Below, one piece after another: positions 15,401-28,135 of a stretch of 64,000 nt of DNA (positions are counted from its first letter, which is position 1; each line of letters opens with the position of its first letter). This DNA is from Euprymna scolopes (Eukaryota). The position numbers and the translations under genes were made by a program. Below the pieces are notes generated by a model. It was given only the letters and a program-made list of their open reading frames with translations. It was not told the DNA's origin and did not search any database. Location: assembly GCA_053919585.1 (NCBI GenBank), contig CM132819.1, one strand, 5' to 3'.

Positions 15401-18400
15401 ACATAGATATTTGTAACATAGATATTTGTCACATAGATATTTGTAATTTTGATATTTGTCACATATATGTGTGTAACATAGATATTTGTCACATAGATAT
15501 TTGTAATTTAGATATTTGTCACATAGATATTTGTAATTTAGATATTTTTCACATAGATATTTGTAATTTAGATATTTTTCAGATAGATATTTGTAATTTA
15601 GATATTTGTCAGATAGATATATGTAATTTAGATATTTGTAACATAGATATTTTTAATTTAGATATTTGTAACATAGATATTTGTAATTTAGATATTTGTA
15701 ACATAGATATTTGTCACATAAAAATTTGTAATTTAGATATTTGTAATTTAGATATTTGTAACATAGATATTTGTAATTTAGATATTTGTCACATAGATAT
15801 TTGTCACATAGATATTTGTAACATAGATATTTGTCACATAGATATTTGTAATTTAGATATTTGTAACATAGATATTTGTAACATAGATATTTGTAACATA
15901 GATATTTGTCACATAGATATTTGTTATTTAGATATTTGTCACATAGATATTTGCAATTTAGATATTTGTAACATATATATTTTTCACATAGATATTTGTA
16001 ACATAGATATTTGTCACATAGATATTTGCAATTTAGATATTTGTCACATTGATATTTTTAATTTAGATATTTTTCACATGGATATTTGTAATTTAGATAT
16101 TTGTCACATAGATATTTGTAATTTAGATATTTGTCACATAGATATTGGTAACATAGATATTTATAACATAGACATTTGTCCCATAGATATTTGTAACATA
16201 GATATTTGTCACATAGATATTTGTAATTTGGATATTTGTCACATAGATATTTGTAATTTAGATATTTGTCACATTGATATTTGTAACATAGATATTTTCA
16301 CATAGATATTTGTCATTTAGATATTTGTCACATAGATATTTTTAATTTAGATATTTGTAACATAGATATTTGTAATTAAGATATTTTTCACATAGATATT
16401 TGTAATTTAGATATTTGTCACATAGATATTTGTAATTTAGATATTTGTCACATAGATATTTGTAACATAGATATTTGTAACATAGATATTTGTAACATAG
16501 ATATTTTACACATAGAGATTTGTAATTTAGATATTTGTCACATAGATATTCGTAACATAGATATTTGTCACATAGATATTTGTAATTTAGATATTTGTCA
16601 CATAGATGTGTGTAACATAGATTTTTGTCACATAGATATTTGTAACTTAGATATTAATCACAATTATATTTGTAATTTACATATTTGTAACATAGATATT
16701 TGTAACATAGATATTTGTCACATAGATATTTGTAATTTAGATATTTGTCACATAGATGTGTGTAACATAGATATTTGTCACATAGATATTTGTAATTTTG
16801 ATATTTGTCACATAGATATTTGTAATTTAGATATTTGTAACATAGACATTTGTCACATAGATATTTGTAACATAGATATTTGTAATTTAGATATTTGATA
16901 GCATAGATATTTGTAATTTCGATATTAGTAACATAGATATTTGTCACATAGATATTTGTCACATAGATATTTGCAACATGGATATTTGTAATTTACATAT
17001 TTTTAATTTAGATATTTGTAACATAGATATTTGTAATTTAGATATTTGTAACATAGATACTTGTCACATAGATATTTGTAACATAGATATTTGTCACATA
17101 GATATTTGTAATTTAGATATTTGTCACATATATATTTGTAACATAGATATTTGTCACATAGATATTTGTAATTTAGATATTTGTCACATAGATATTTGTA
17201 ATTTAGATATTTGTAACAGATATTTTTCACACAGATATTTGAAACATAGATATTTGTCACATAGATATTTGCAATTTAGATATTTGTCACATTGATATTT
17301 GTAATTTAGATATTTTTCAAATGCATATTTGTAATTTAGATATTTTTCACATAGATATTTGTAATTTAGATATTGTCACATAGATATTTGTAATTTAGAT
17401 ATTTGTAACATAGACATTTGTCACATAGATATTTGTAAAATAGATATTTGTCACATAGATATTTGTAACATAGATATTTGTCACAAAGATATTTGTAACA
17501 TAGATATTTTTACATAGATATTTGTAATTTAGATATTTGTCACATAGATATTTGTACTTTAGATATTTGTAATTTAGATATTTGTAATTTAGATATTTTT
17601 CACATAGATATTTGTAATTTAGATATTTGTCACATAGATATTTGTAATTTAGATATTTTTCACATGGATATTTGTAACATAGATATTTGTCACATAGATA
17701 TTTGTAATTTAGATATTTTTCACATAGATATTTGTAATTTAGATATTTTTAACATAGATATTTGTTACATAGATAATTGTAATTAGATATTTGTAATTTA
17801 GATATTTGTAACATAGATATTTGTCACATAGATATTTGTAACATAGATATTTGTAATTTAGATATTTTTCACATAGATATTTGTCACATAGATATTTGTC
17901 ACATAGTTATTTGTCACATAGATATTTGTAACATAGATATTTGTCACATAGATATTTGTAATTTAGATATTTGTCACATAGATATTTGTAACATAGATAT
18001 TTGTAACATAGATATTTGTCACATAGATATTTGTAATTTAGGTATTTGTCACATAGATATTTGTAATTTAGATATTTGTCACATAGATATTTGTAATTTA
18101 GATATTTTTCACATGGATATTTGTAATTTAGATATTTTTCACATAGATATTTGCAATTTAGATATTTGTAATTTAGATATTTGTCACATATATATTTTAA
18201 TTTACCTGTTTGTAACATAGATATTTGTAACAGATATTTGTAATTTAGATATTTGTCACACAGATATTTGTAATTTAGATATTTTTACATACATATTTGT
18301 AATGTAGATATTTGTAATTTAGATATTTGTCACATAGATATTTGTAACATAGATATATGTCACATAGATATTTGTAATTTAGATATTTGTCACATAGATA

Positions 18401-21400
18401 TTTGTAACATAGATATTTGTAACATAGATATTTGTAACATAGATATTTGTCACATAGATATTTTTTATTTAGATATTTGTCACATAGATATTTTTAATTT
18501 AGATATTTGTAACATAGATATTTATAATTTAGATTTTTGTAACATAGATATTGGTAATTTAGATATTTTTCACAAAGATAATTGTAATTTAGATATTTTT
18601 TACATAGATATTTGTAATTTAGATATTTTTCACATAGATTTTTGTAATGTAGATATTTTTCACATAGATATTTGTAATTTAGATATTTGTAACAGAGATA
18701 TTTGTAATTTAGATATTTGTAACATAGATATTTGTCACATAGATATTTGTAATTTAGATATTTGTAATTTAGATATTTGTAACATAGATATTTGTAATTT
18801 AGATATTTGTAATTTAGATATTTGTGACATAGATATTTGTCAGATAGATATTTGTAACATAGATATTTGTAATTTAGATATTTGTAGCATAGATATTAGT
18901 AATTTCGATATTAGTAACATAGATATTCGTCACATAGATATTTGTCACATAGATATTTGCAACATGGATATTTGTAATTTACATATTTTTAATTTAGATA
19001 TTTGTAACATAGATATTTGTAATTTAGATATTTGTAACATAGATACTTGTCACATAGATATTTGTAACATAGATATTTGTCACATAGATATTTGTAATTT
19101 AGATATTTGTCACATATATATTTGTAACATAGATATTTGTCACATAGATATTTGTAATTTAGATATTTGTCACATAGATATTTGTAATTTAGATATTTGT
19201 AACAGATATTTTTCACATAGATATTTGAAACATAGATATTTGTCACATAGATATTTGCAATTTAGATATTTGTCACATTGATATTTGTAATTTAGATATT
19301 TTTCACATGCATATTTGTAATTTAGATATTTTTCACATAGATATTTGTAATTTAGATATTGTCACATAGATATTTGTAATTTAGATATTTGTAACATAGA
19401 CATTTGTCACATAGATATTTGTAAAATAGATATTTGTCACATAGATATTTGTAACATAGATATTTGTCACAAAGATATTTGTAACATAGATATTTTCACA
19501 TAGATATTTGTAATTTAGATATTTGTCACATAGATATTTGTACTTTAGATATTTGTAATTTAGATATTTGTAATTTAGATATTTTTCACATAGATATTTG
19601 TAATTTAGATATTTGTCACATAGATATTTGTAATTTAGATATTTTTCACATGGATATTTGTAACATAGATATTTGTCACATAGATATTTGTAATTTAGAT
19701 ATTTTTCACATAGATATTTGTAATTTAGATATTTTTAACATAGATATTTGTTACATAGATAATTGTAATTAGATATTTGTAATTTAGATATTTGTAACAT
19801 AGATATTTGTCACATAGATATTTGTAACATAGATATTTGTAATTTAGATATTTTTCACATAGATATTTGTCACATAGATATTTGTCACATAGTTATTTGT
19901 CACATAGATATTTGTAACATAGATATTTGTCACATAGATATTTGTAATTTAGATATTTGTCACATAGATATTTGTAACATAGATATTTGTAACATAGATA
20001 TTTGTCACATAGATATTTGTAATTTAGGTATTTGTCACATAGATATTTGTAATTTAGATATTTGTCACATAGATATTTGTAATTTAGATATTTTTCACAT
20101 GGATATTTGTAATTTAGATATTTTTCACATAGATATTTGCAATTTAGATATTTGTAATTTAGATATTTGTCACATAGATATTTTAATTTACCTATTTGTA
20201 ACATAGATATTTGTAACATAGATATTTGTAATTTAGATATTTGTCACACAGATATTTGTAATTTAGATATTTTTACATACATATTTGTAATGTAGATATT
20301 TGTAATTTAGATATTTGTAACATAGATATTTGTAACATAGATATATGTCACATAGATATTTGTAATTTAGATATTTGTCACATAGATATTTGTCACATAG
20401 ATATTTGTAACATAGATATTTGTAACATAGATATTTGTAACATAGATATTTGTAATTTAGATGTTTGTCACATATATATTTATAATTTAGATATTTGTCA
20501 CATAGATATTTGTAACACAGATATTTGTCACATAGATAGTTGTAATTTAGATATTTGTCACATAGATATTTGTAACATAGATATTTGTAACATAGATATT
20601 TGTAACATAGATATTTGTCACATAGATATTTGTAATTTAGATATTTGTCACATAGATATTTTTAATTTAGATATTTGTAACATAGATATTTATAATTTAG
20701 ATTTTTGTAACATAGATATTGGTAATTTAGATATTTTTCACAAAGATAATTGTAATTTAGATATTTTTTACATAGATATTTGTAATTTAGATATTTTTCA
20801 CATAGATTTTTGTAATGTAGAAATTTTTCACATAGATATTTGTAATTTAGATATTTGTAACAGAGATATTTGTAATTTAGATATTTGTAACATAGATATT
20901 TGTCACATAGATATTTGTAATTTAGATATTTGTAATTTAGATATTTGTAACATAGATATTTGTAATTTAGATATTTGTAATTTAGATATTTGTGACATAG
21001 ATATTTGTCAGATAGATATTTGTAACATAGATATTTGTAATTAAGATATTTGTAACATAGATATTTGTAAGGTAGATATTTGTAACATAGATATTTGTAA
21101 TTTAGATATTTGTAACATAGATATTTTCACATAGATATTTGTAACATAGATATGTGTCACATAGATATTTGTAATTTAGATATTTGTCACATAGATATTT
21201 GTAATTTAGATATTTGTCACATAGATATTTGTAATGTTGATATTTGTCACATAGATATTTGTAACATAGATATTAATCAAAATGCTATTTGTAATTTAGA
21301 TATTTGTCACATAGATATATGTAGCATAGATATTTGTAACATATATATTTGTTACATAGATATTTAATTTAGATATTTGTCACATAGATATTTGTAATTT

Positions 21401-23078
21401 AGATGTTTGTCACATAGGTATTGGTAATTTAGATATTTTTCACGTAGATATTTGTAATTTTGATATTTGTCACATAGATATTTGTAATTTAGATATTTTT
21501 CACATAGATATTTGTAATTTAGATATTTGTAACATAGATATTTGTAATTTAGATATTTGTCACATAAATATTTTAATTTAGATATTTTCACATAGATATT
21601 TGTTACATAGATATTTGTCACATAGACATTTGTAATTTAGATATTTTTCACATAGATGTTTGTAATTTAGATATTTGTCACATAGATATTTGTAATTTTG
21701 ATATTTGTCACATAGATATTTGTAATTTAGATATTTTTCACATAGATATTGGTAATTTAGATATTTGTCACATAGATATTTGTAATTTAGATATTTGTCA
21801 CATAGATATTTGTAATTTAGATATTTATAACATAGATATTTGTCACATAGATATTTGTAACTTAGATATTTGTCACATAGATATTTGTAATTTAGATATT
21901 TTTCACATAGATATTTGTAATTTAGATATTGTCACATAGATATTTGCAATTAAGAGATTTGTCACATAGATATTTGTAACATAGATATTTGTAACATAGA
22001 TATTTGTAATTTAGATATTTGTTATTTAGATATTTGTCAGATAGATATTTGTCAGATAGATATTTTTAATTTAGATATTTGTAACATAGATATTTGTAAT
22101 TTAGATATTTGTAACATAGATATTTGTAATGTAGATATTTGTAACATAGATATTTGTAGTTTAGATATTTGTAACATAGATATTTGTCACATAGATATTT
22201 GTAACATAGATATGTGTCACATAGATATTTGTAATTTAGATATTTGTCACATAGATATTTGTAATTTAGATATTTGTCACATAGATATTTGTAATTTAGA
22301 TATTTGTCACATAGATATTTGTAACATAGATATTAATCACAATGATATTTGTAATTTAGATATTTGTCACATAGATATTTGTAACATAGATATTAGTAAC
22401 ATATATATTTGTTACATAGATATTTTAATTTAGATATTTGTCACATAGATATTTGTAATTTAGATGTTTGTCACATAGATATTGGTAATTTAGATATTTT
22501 TCACGTAGATATTTGTAATTTAGATATTTGTCACATAGATATTTGTAATTTAGATATTTTTCACATAGATATTTGTAATTTAGATATTTGTCACATAGAT
22601 ATTTGTAATTTAGATATTTTTCACATAGATATTTGTTACATAGATATTGGTCACATAGATATTTGTAATTTAGATTTTTTTTCACATAGATGTTTGTAAT
22701 TTAGATATTTGTCACATAGATATTTGTAATTTTGATATTTGTCACATAGATATTTGTAATTTAGATATTTGTAAAATAGATATTTGTCACATAGATATTT
22801 GTAACATATATATTTGTCACATAGATATTTGTAATTTAGATATTTTTCACATAGATATTTGTAATTTAGATATTGTCACATAGATATTTTCAATTAAGAT
22901 ATTTGTCACATAGATATTTGTAACATAGATATTTGTAACATAGATATTTGTAATTTAGATATTTGTAACATAGATATTTGTCACATAGATATTTGTAACA
23001 TAGATATTAGTCACATAGATGTGCGTAATTTAGATATTTTTCACATAGATATTTGTAATTTAGATATTTTTCACATAG
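6445..23078. repeat. 15-bp tandem satellite array (~16.6 kb, ~1,100 monomers) with higher-order repeats
   Basis: Monomer TAGATATTTGT plus a variable tetramer (AATT, CACA or AACA; also TAGATATTTTTCACA). The rare variant cataaaaatttg recurs at 7821, 10453, 13085 and 15717 (period 2632). ORF-track duplicates are offset by 2632 (9743/12375/15007) and 1986 (16978/18964). Confidence 0.98.
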
Positions 23079-23246
23079 TTTTGTGTAATACAGAGGATGT
23101 TTGGTAAGATTCGGAACAATTTTCAGTATGTTTCGCGTAGAATTGCATAGATATAATATAAATGTAATCAAAATAGGGTGTATCTCTTTAAGCAATATAA
23201 ACCTTCATTGCTCCCTAACGTAAAGAGGTAGTTGTAGATTTGGGCC

Positions 23247-23376
23247 NNNNNNNNNNNNNNNNNNNNNNNNNNNNNNNNNNNNNNNNNNNNNNNNNNNNNN
23301 NNNNNNNNNNNNNNNNNNNNNNNNNNNNNNNNNNNNNNNNNNNNNNNNNNNNNNNNNNNNNNNNNNNNNNNNNNNN
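23247..23376. other. assembly gap (N run)
   Basis: N characters. Other gaps: 42336-42552, 56824-56953, 59032-59172, 63232-63390. Confidence 0.99.
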
Positions 23377-23429
23377 TTGCGTGGTCGCTTTGTATTGTTC
23401 ATAACTTTATGTGCATATGTATATATATT

Positions 23430-24160
23430 AAAAGGTTGGACTCATGTCCAGGTCACCTACATCTAAAATTTCAAGTGTTTGGGCGCACAATTGGCGGAGG
23501 AGTTTATAAAGTCTGCAAAGGTGAAATCTTTTCACTTTGACCTTTCGTACAGCTACAGTTTTCGCCAAAAAAAACTGATTAAATAGATTGCTGCGTTCCA
23601 TTATGTAAAATTTCAAATGTTTAGACCCAAAATTAGCTGAATATTTGGCTAGAGACCACAACGCTCACATCCGAAGAACTGTTATTCTTTGGCAGCCAAT
23701 TATTAAAAAAAAGCGTGTATTATGTCTCAGTATACTTTATATAAAATTCCAAAGATCTAGACCAAAAATTGCTCTAGTAATTTAGTAGAGACTGCAGAGA
23801 ACGAACTTTTTTAAACTTTTCTCCCAATTCTGACCGATTAACATTTATATATTTGGGATCAAATCAATTTAAAATGTTTAATCCATGTCCAAGTAACTTC
23901 TAAAATTTCAAGTATTTAGACGGAAAATTGGCTGAGGAGGGTAGTAGAGTTTTCAAAGATCAACTCGTTGAGCCTTCACCCCATGACAGCCAAATTTCTG
24001 GCCGAAAACCAATTAAAAAGATGTTTCTAAATCTCAATATCCGTTATCTCAAATTTCGAGTCTGTAGACTGAAAATTAAAAAAGGATTTTCGTAGACAAA
24101 TGTACACGCACACATACACGCACAGACGGGCAATTTTCGTCTAGCAATTAATGATATAGC
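23430..24160 (+). repeat. dispersed non-autonomous repeat with internal subrepeats (inverted homolog at ~49285-49915)
   Basis: 23880-24105 (tccaagtaacttctaaaatttcaagtatttagac...cagccaaatttctggccgaaaac...actgaaaatt...aaatgtacac) matches the reverse complement of 49300-49510 (gtgtacattt...aattttcagt...gttttcggccagatatttggctg...tacttgaaatctta...gttacttgga). Recurrent aaatttcaa-n-tgtttagaccc-aaaatt subunits. Class uncertain, possibly Helentron/HINE-like. Confidence 0.65.
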
Positions 24161-24713
24161 TATAAACTTTTCAATGATTTTTTTAAAGTGCAACAGAATG
24201 TACATTACATAAAATAACTCCAAGGTTATTTTTAATTCAATTTAATTGAAATATTTATACTTTACTTTGTAAAATTTATAAAAGTACACTATGAAGATTA
24301 ATAAATTTCAAATTGAATCTTTGTATTATTGCAGGTCTGAATATTCACTCTGTTTCAGTGTGTATTTCTCCTCACACCACATCTCCTTTTTTGCAACACC
24401 CTCTTTGAAATACAGGTGTGAATAATGAGAAAATCTGATTTTTTAAAGAAGAACTTTAAAACAACTTTTTTAGATTAAATTTTTAAAAACTTATTTCAGA
24501 ACTGAACATCTTTAAAATTTAGTAAGGAACATATTTCATATAGGTTTCATTCACAAATATTCAGTGCATAACGGGAAAAATAGAGATGAAGATTTCAAAA
24601 GGACGGAATAACTGGTTACGGTCAGTAGTAGTCCTCGACAGCGAATGTCTTTGTTATTGTTATTCTATTATTATCATTTAAAACATTTTGCGTCCTGCTC
24701 TTTTGCACGAGGA

Positions 24714-24779
<66 letters not shown>

Positions 24780-25227
24780 TTATAAAACCAATATATATTT
24801 GAAGTTTTAGGTGACTAAATATTTGACGATCCTCGTAAATGTACAGTTAGATATCTGGAAACGCGTCTTCAGGAAATTCATCAATTAATATACACCTTTA
24901 TATTTTATGTACATATCTTACAATTTCTTTCTTTAGCGAACACACAGACGTAACGCGCATGCACACACTCAATGGATTTTCTATATAAAACGTATAATTG
25001 CATTGTAATGTTGTGTTGTAAACACGTGTTTTAAATGTAATAATAATAGTTTACAAATACGATGGTTATCTTTGTATATATATTTAAACGATGTGAATGG
25101 TGCTCTATATGACACCATTCATATCAGCAGCTTTGTTACAATATATATTGCATTTACTATTACTTTTTTGACAGGCCTGTTTTCTGACATGCTACTAGTA
25201 CCAGGTAAGCTAATTAGACTTGTTATG

Positions 25228-26753
25228 CAGTCATTGTCAAAATCATAAGACCACTTAAGAAAGTAAACGTTTACGCATATTATCGAATTTTTAATCAAAC
25301 ATTCTTCATTCGAAACCTTAACCCTGATCCAATAATTATTTTTTAAAAAACAAACATTTTCACCTGGTCAAAATGATAAGACCATTTTTACAAAATCGTC
25401 TAGTTTGAGAAAATGAATGCGAAAAACTTTCTATGTTATTAAAAGTAACTTGTTCATGGCTAAAAAACAAACATCCTAATAAATTATAAATGACAAAAGG
25501 GAACCCATTATCAGAGTGTGAGAGAGGAAGGATCGTTAGGCTCCATAGGGGTGGACTCTCCCATAGATCCATTGCAAACGAAGTGAATCGTAGCAAAACG
25601 TTCATCACAATTTTTTTAAGAAATCCAGATCTATATGGGCACAAAAAGAGTCCAGGTCAAAAAAAAAAAAAATGAAATAAAAAATAACCCCATCACTGGA
25701 TCGCCGTATCAGAAAAAGTTAAAAAAAAAAACTCCAGTATGAGCTCAAGTCGATTGAAAAGCCAAACAGCAGCAGAATGTAGTCCTAAAACCATCAGAAG
25801 GCATCTGAAAATGAAGGGTTTCAATCATTTAAAGCGACTGCACAAACTGTCTTCTTGAACAGCACAAAACTAACCGATTTAAATATGCCGCCAAATACCA
25901 GACTTGGGATGAAGAGAAGTGGGAAAAAGTAATTTTCTCTGATGAGAAAAAGTTTAATCTAGATGGTCCAGATGGATTTCAACACAATTGGCATGATAAA
26001 AATTTGCCCAAAGAGAGTTTTTTCAACTCGGCATAGTGGATGACGGTCATTTATGATCTGGGATGCTTTCTCCTCAGCTGGGACCCTAAAGTTGCAAGTA
26101 GTGAAAGGCCGGCAAACATCATTGAAGTACATTTCAATGTTTGAAAATGCTTCTATCAGGACTGTAGGTCCACGTCCGTGTGGAAGAATTATTTTTTTCC
26201 ATCAAAACGACGCTGCGATACACACTTCTCGACAAGCACGAGAATACTTTTCTTACAATAATATATAATTGTTAGATCATCCAGCATGTTCTCCGGACCT
26301 CAATCCCATTGAAAATCTTTGGGGACTGATGGCAAAAGACGTGTTCAAGGATGGAACCAAGTATGATTCGATAAAATAACTTTCTGATTCAGTTTTAGTA
26401 CATGGGATAAAATCCCTTCACAACTGATAAAAGCTTAGCAAGTATGCCGAAGAGAATTTTTGAAGTAATTCGTAATAATGGAGGCTATACTAAATACTGA
26501 GACCCTTTTTAGTCATTCATAATTGCCTTTTGTTAGATAAATTATCAGTGGTCTTATAATTTGGGTCAGGAGAAAATGGTTGCTTTTAAAAAAAAAAAAT
26601 ATTAGATCAGGGTTAAGGTTTCGAATGAAGCAGGTTTCATTTTTTCCATCAAATTTTCCCTTTTGACAATGGTTTCAACCATTTGTTTGATTAAAAATTC
26701 GATAATATGCGTAAACGCTTACTTAAGTGGTTTTATGATTTTGAGCAGGACTG
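25228..26753 (+). mobile_element. Tc1/mariner superfamily, Tc3-like DD34E DNA transposon (decayed)
   Basis: TIRs begin CAGTC (left cagtcattgtcaaaatcataagaccacttaag; right reverse complement cagtcctgctcaaaatcataaaaccacttaag), with TA at 26754-26755. The TIRs are long (~155 bp left, ~205 bp right) and contain an internal direct repeat, tcaaaat(c/g)ataagacca. Confidence 0.93.
25490..26500 (+). pseudogene. Tc3-like transposase, frameshifted
   Basis: N-terminal paired-like HTH MTKGNPLSECERGRI...LRNPDLYG. Catalytic motifs [22 protein letters not shown] and SPDLNPIENLWG. C-terminal GGYTKY*. Frameshifts at poly-A runs and in-frame stops. Confidence 0.92.
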
Positions 26754-27364
26754 TATATAGCCAGCAAGCCAAACAGGCAGCTATATAAAGGCTGTCTTGG
26801 ATAGCACAACGATGTGAGTTTGTAGGAGCACAGGAATGCGACATACAAGGATACAGCGGCTATACCTACGTTTTTAATTTAAAAAATGAGCATAGGTTTT
26901 ACTATTGGTCACCTCATACTTATAGCAATGCCCTACTTTGTTTTTTTTTTATCTTTACATCCCATGAGAGATGTTTCTGATAAAGGAGGAATAATTTTGG
27001 GGTCGCCCTTTGGTCTGAGTATTTAGTACGTAAATATTTAGAATATTCTAATAATGTCCAGATATATTTAGCTATCTATTTATTTAATGGAACTTTATGT
27101 TGTATCTGTTGTATAAGGATCAGTGATTATATTACAAACAACTAATAATACGTGCATTGGATTTTCAGATGATGTATTCTAATGTACATTAAACACATGA
27201 CGGTATAACAGAAAGCGTGTTTAATATTTTATATTGAACATAAAAGAAAATAAAATCTAAATATTTTCATAATTTCGTTTTGTCGTAGATCCTCCATTAA
27301 CTGAACTAAATCTTAAAATAAATTTATATTTACAACTCTGGCAATTCATTATTGAGATGAGTAT

Positions 27365-27683
27365 TATTTATTAATTTATTTATTGCGGATTATTATTCTC
27401 ATCTTTCTTAGATGTTGTTTCATGACGTTTTGGCCAACTATTCCTCTGGCCATCGTCAGGTGGTAACCGCGACGGGATAGGAACCCCTAAATCTCAGCAA
27501 TTACTGTCATCCATATTTGTTGCCGTCTCGCTTACTTACTTGGCCAATAAACATGGTGAGACGACAGCAAATATGGATAGCAGTAATTGCTGAGGATGAA
27601 GTCAGGAGATTCAGAGTTCCTATTCCATCGCGGTTACCACCTGACGAAGGCCAGATAAATAGTTTGCTGAAACGTTGTGAAAC
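27365..27683. mobile_element. palindromic non-autonomous element with hammerhead-like cores (Penelope pLTR/retrozyme-like)
   Basis: Arms 27417-27531 and 27556-27683 are inverted copies. Each arm carries CTGACGA-ggccag...tggcc/ttgct-(G/A)AAACGTY (plus strand 27641-27676; minus strand from 27459 down to ~27424). Confidence 0.6.
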
Positions 27684-27716
27684 TGTTGCAATATTTTTGA
27701 CTCATAATGGGGTATA

Positions 27717-27756
27717 AATTTAATTGCCGAAGCCGCTAGGAGACACATCCCAATCA
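27717..27756 (-). repeat. internally deleted mini-copy of the 380-bp unit
   Basis: On the minus strand, the unit head (tgattgggatgtgtctcctagcggcttCGGC) is joined directly to the unit tail (CGGCaattaaa), which fits a deletion via CGGC microhomology. Confidence 0.6.
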
Positions 27757-27773
27757 GACGAAGTAATGGTGTA

Positions 27774-28135
27774 TATATTTAAATGCTGCCCACATCAGAA
27801 TTATGTGGCAGAAGGCCTGGAAGTGGGAACCTCACAGGCTCCCCTAAAGAAGGGGAACTCCTGCAATTTTAAAAATTGCCTGAATAACCCCGTCAGCATT
27901 CCCCGGTCGGGGCGCCTCAGGCAGCAAGCAATAAACTTGCCCCACCAGAAAGCCCAGTGGCAAGGCCTGGGAGGGATGACCTCCAAGGTATTACCCAGGC
28001 GGCGTACCTCAGTCCAACAGGTGATGGGCCGGTTCCCAGCCCCTCAACTGTTGGGCTGAGTGTCAACTGACGAATCCTTGACGTGTACTACCCTGTTTCA
28101 CTGCAGCCGAAGCCGCTAGGAGACATTCCCCATCA
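27774..28135 (-). mobile_element. ~380-bp GC-rich hairpin-rich unit, copy 1 (candidate Tx1-dependent SINE)
   Basis: Direct repeat of 34243-34612. Bounded by GACGAAGTAATGGNGTA at 27757-27773 and 28136-28152 (period 379). Its 3' motif ggccttctgccacat resembles the LINE 3' end. Confidence 0.65.

Noticed and set aside
6536-22699. Minus-strand KYLCD/KYLNY and QISML/QISKL ORFs as genes
   Set aside because: They are alternative-frame translations of the satellite.
6445-23078. CRISPR array interpretation of the constant-plus-variable repeat
   Set aside because: The variable part is only 4 nt drawn from three alleles. There are no unique spacers, no cas genes, and the context is eukaryotic.
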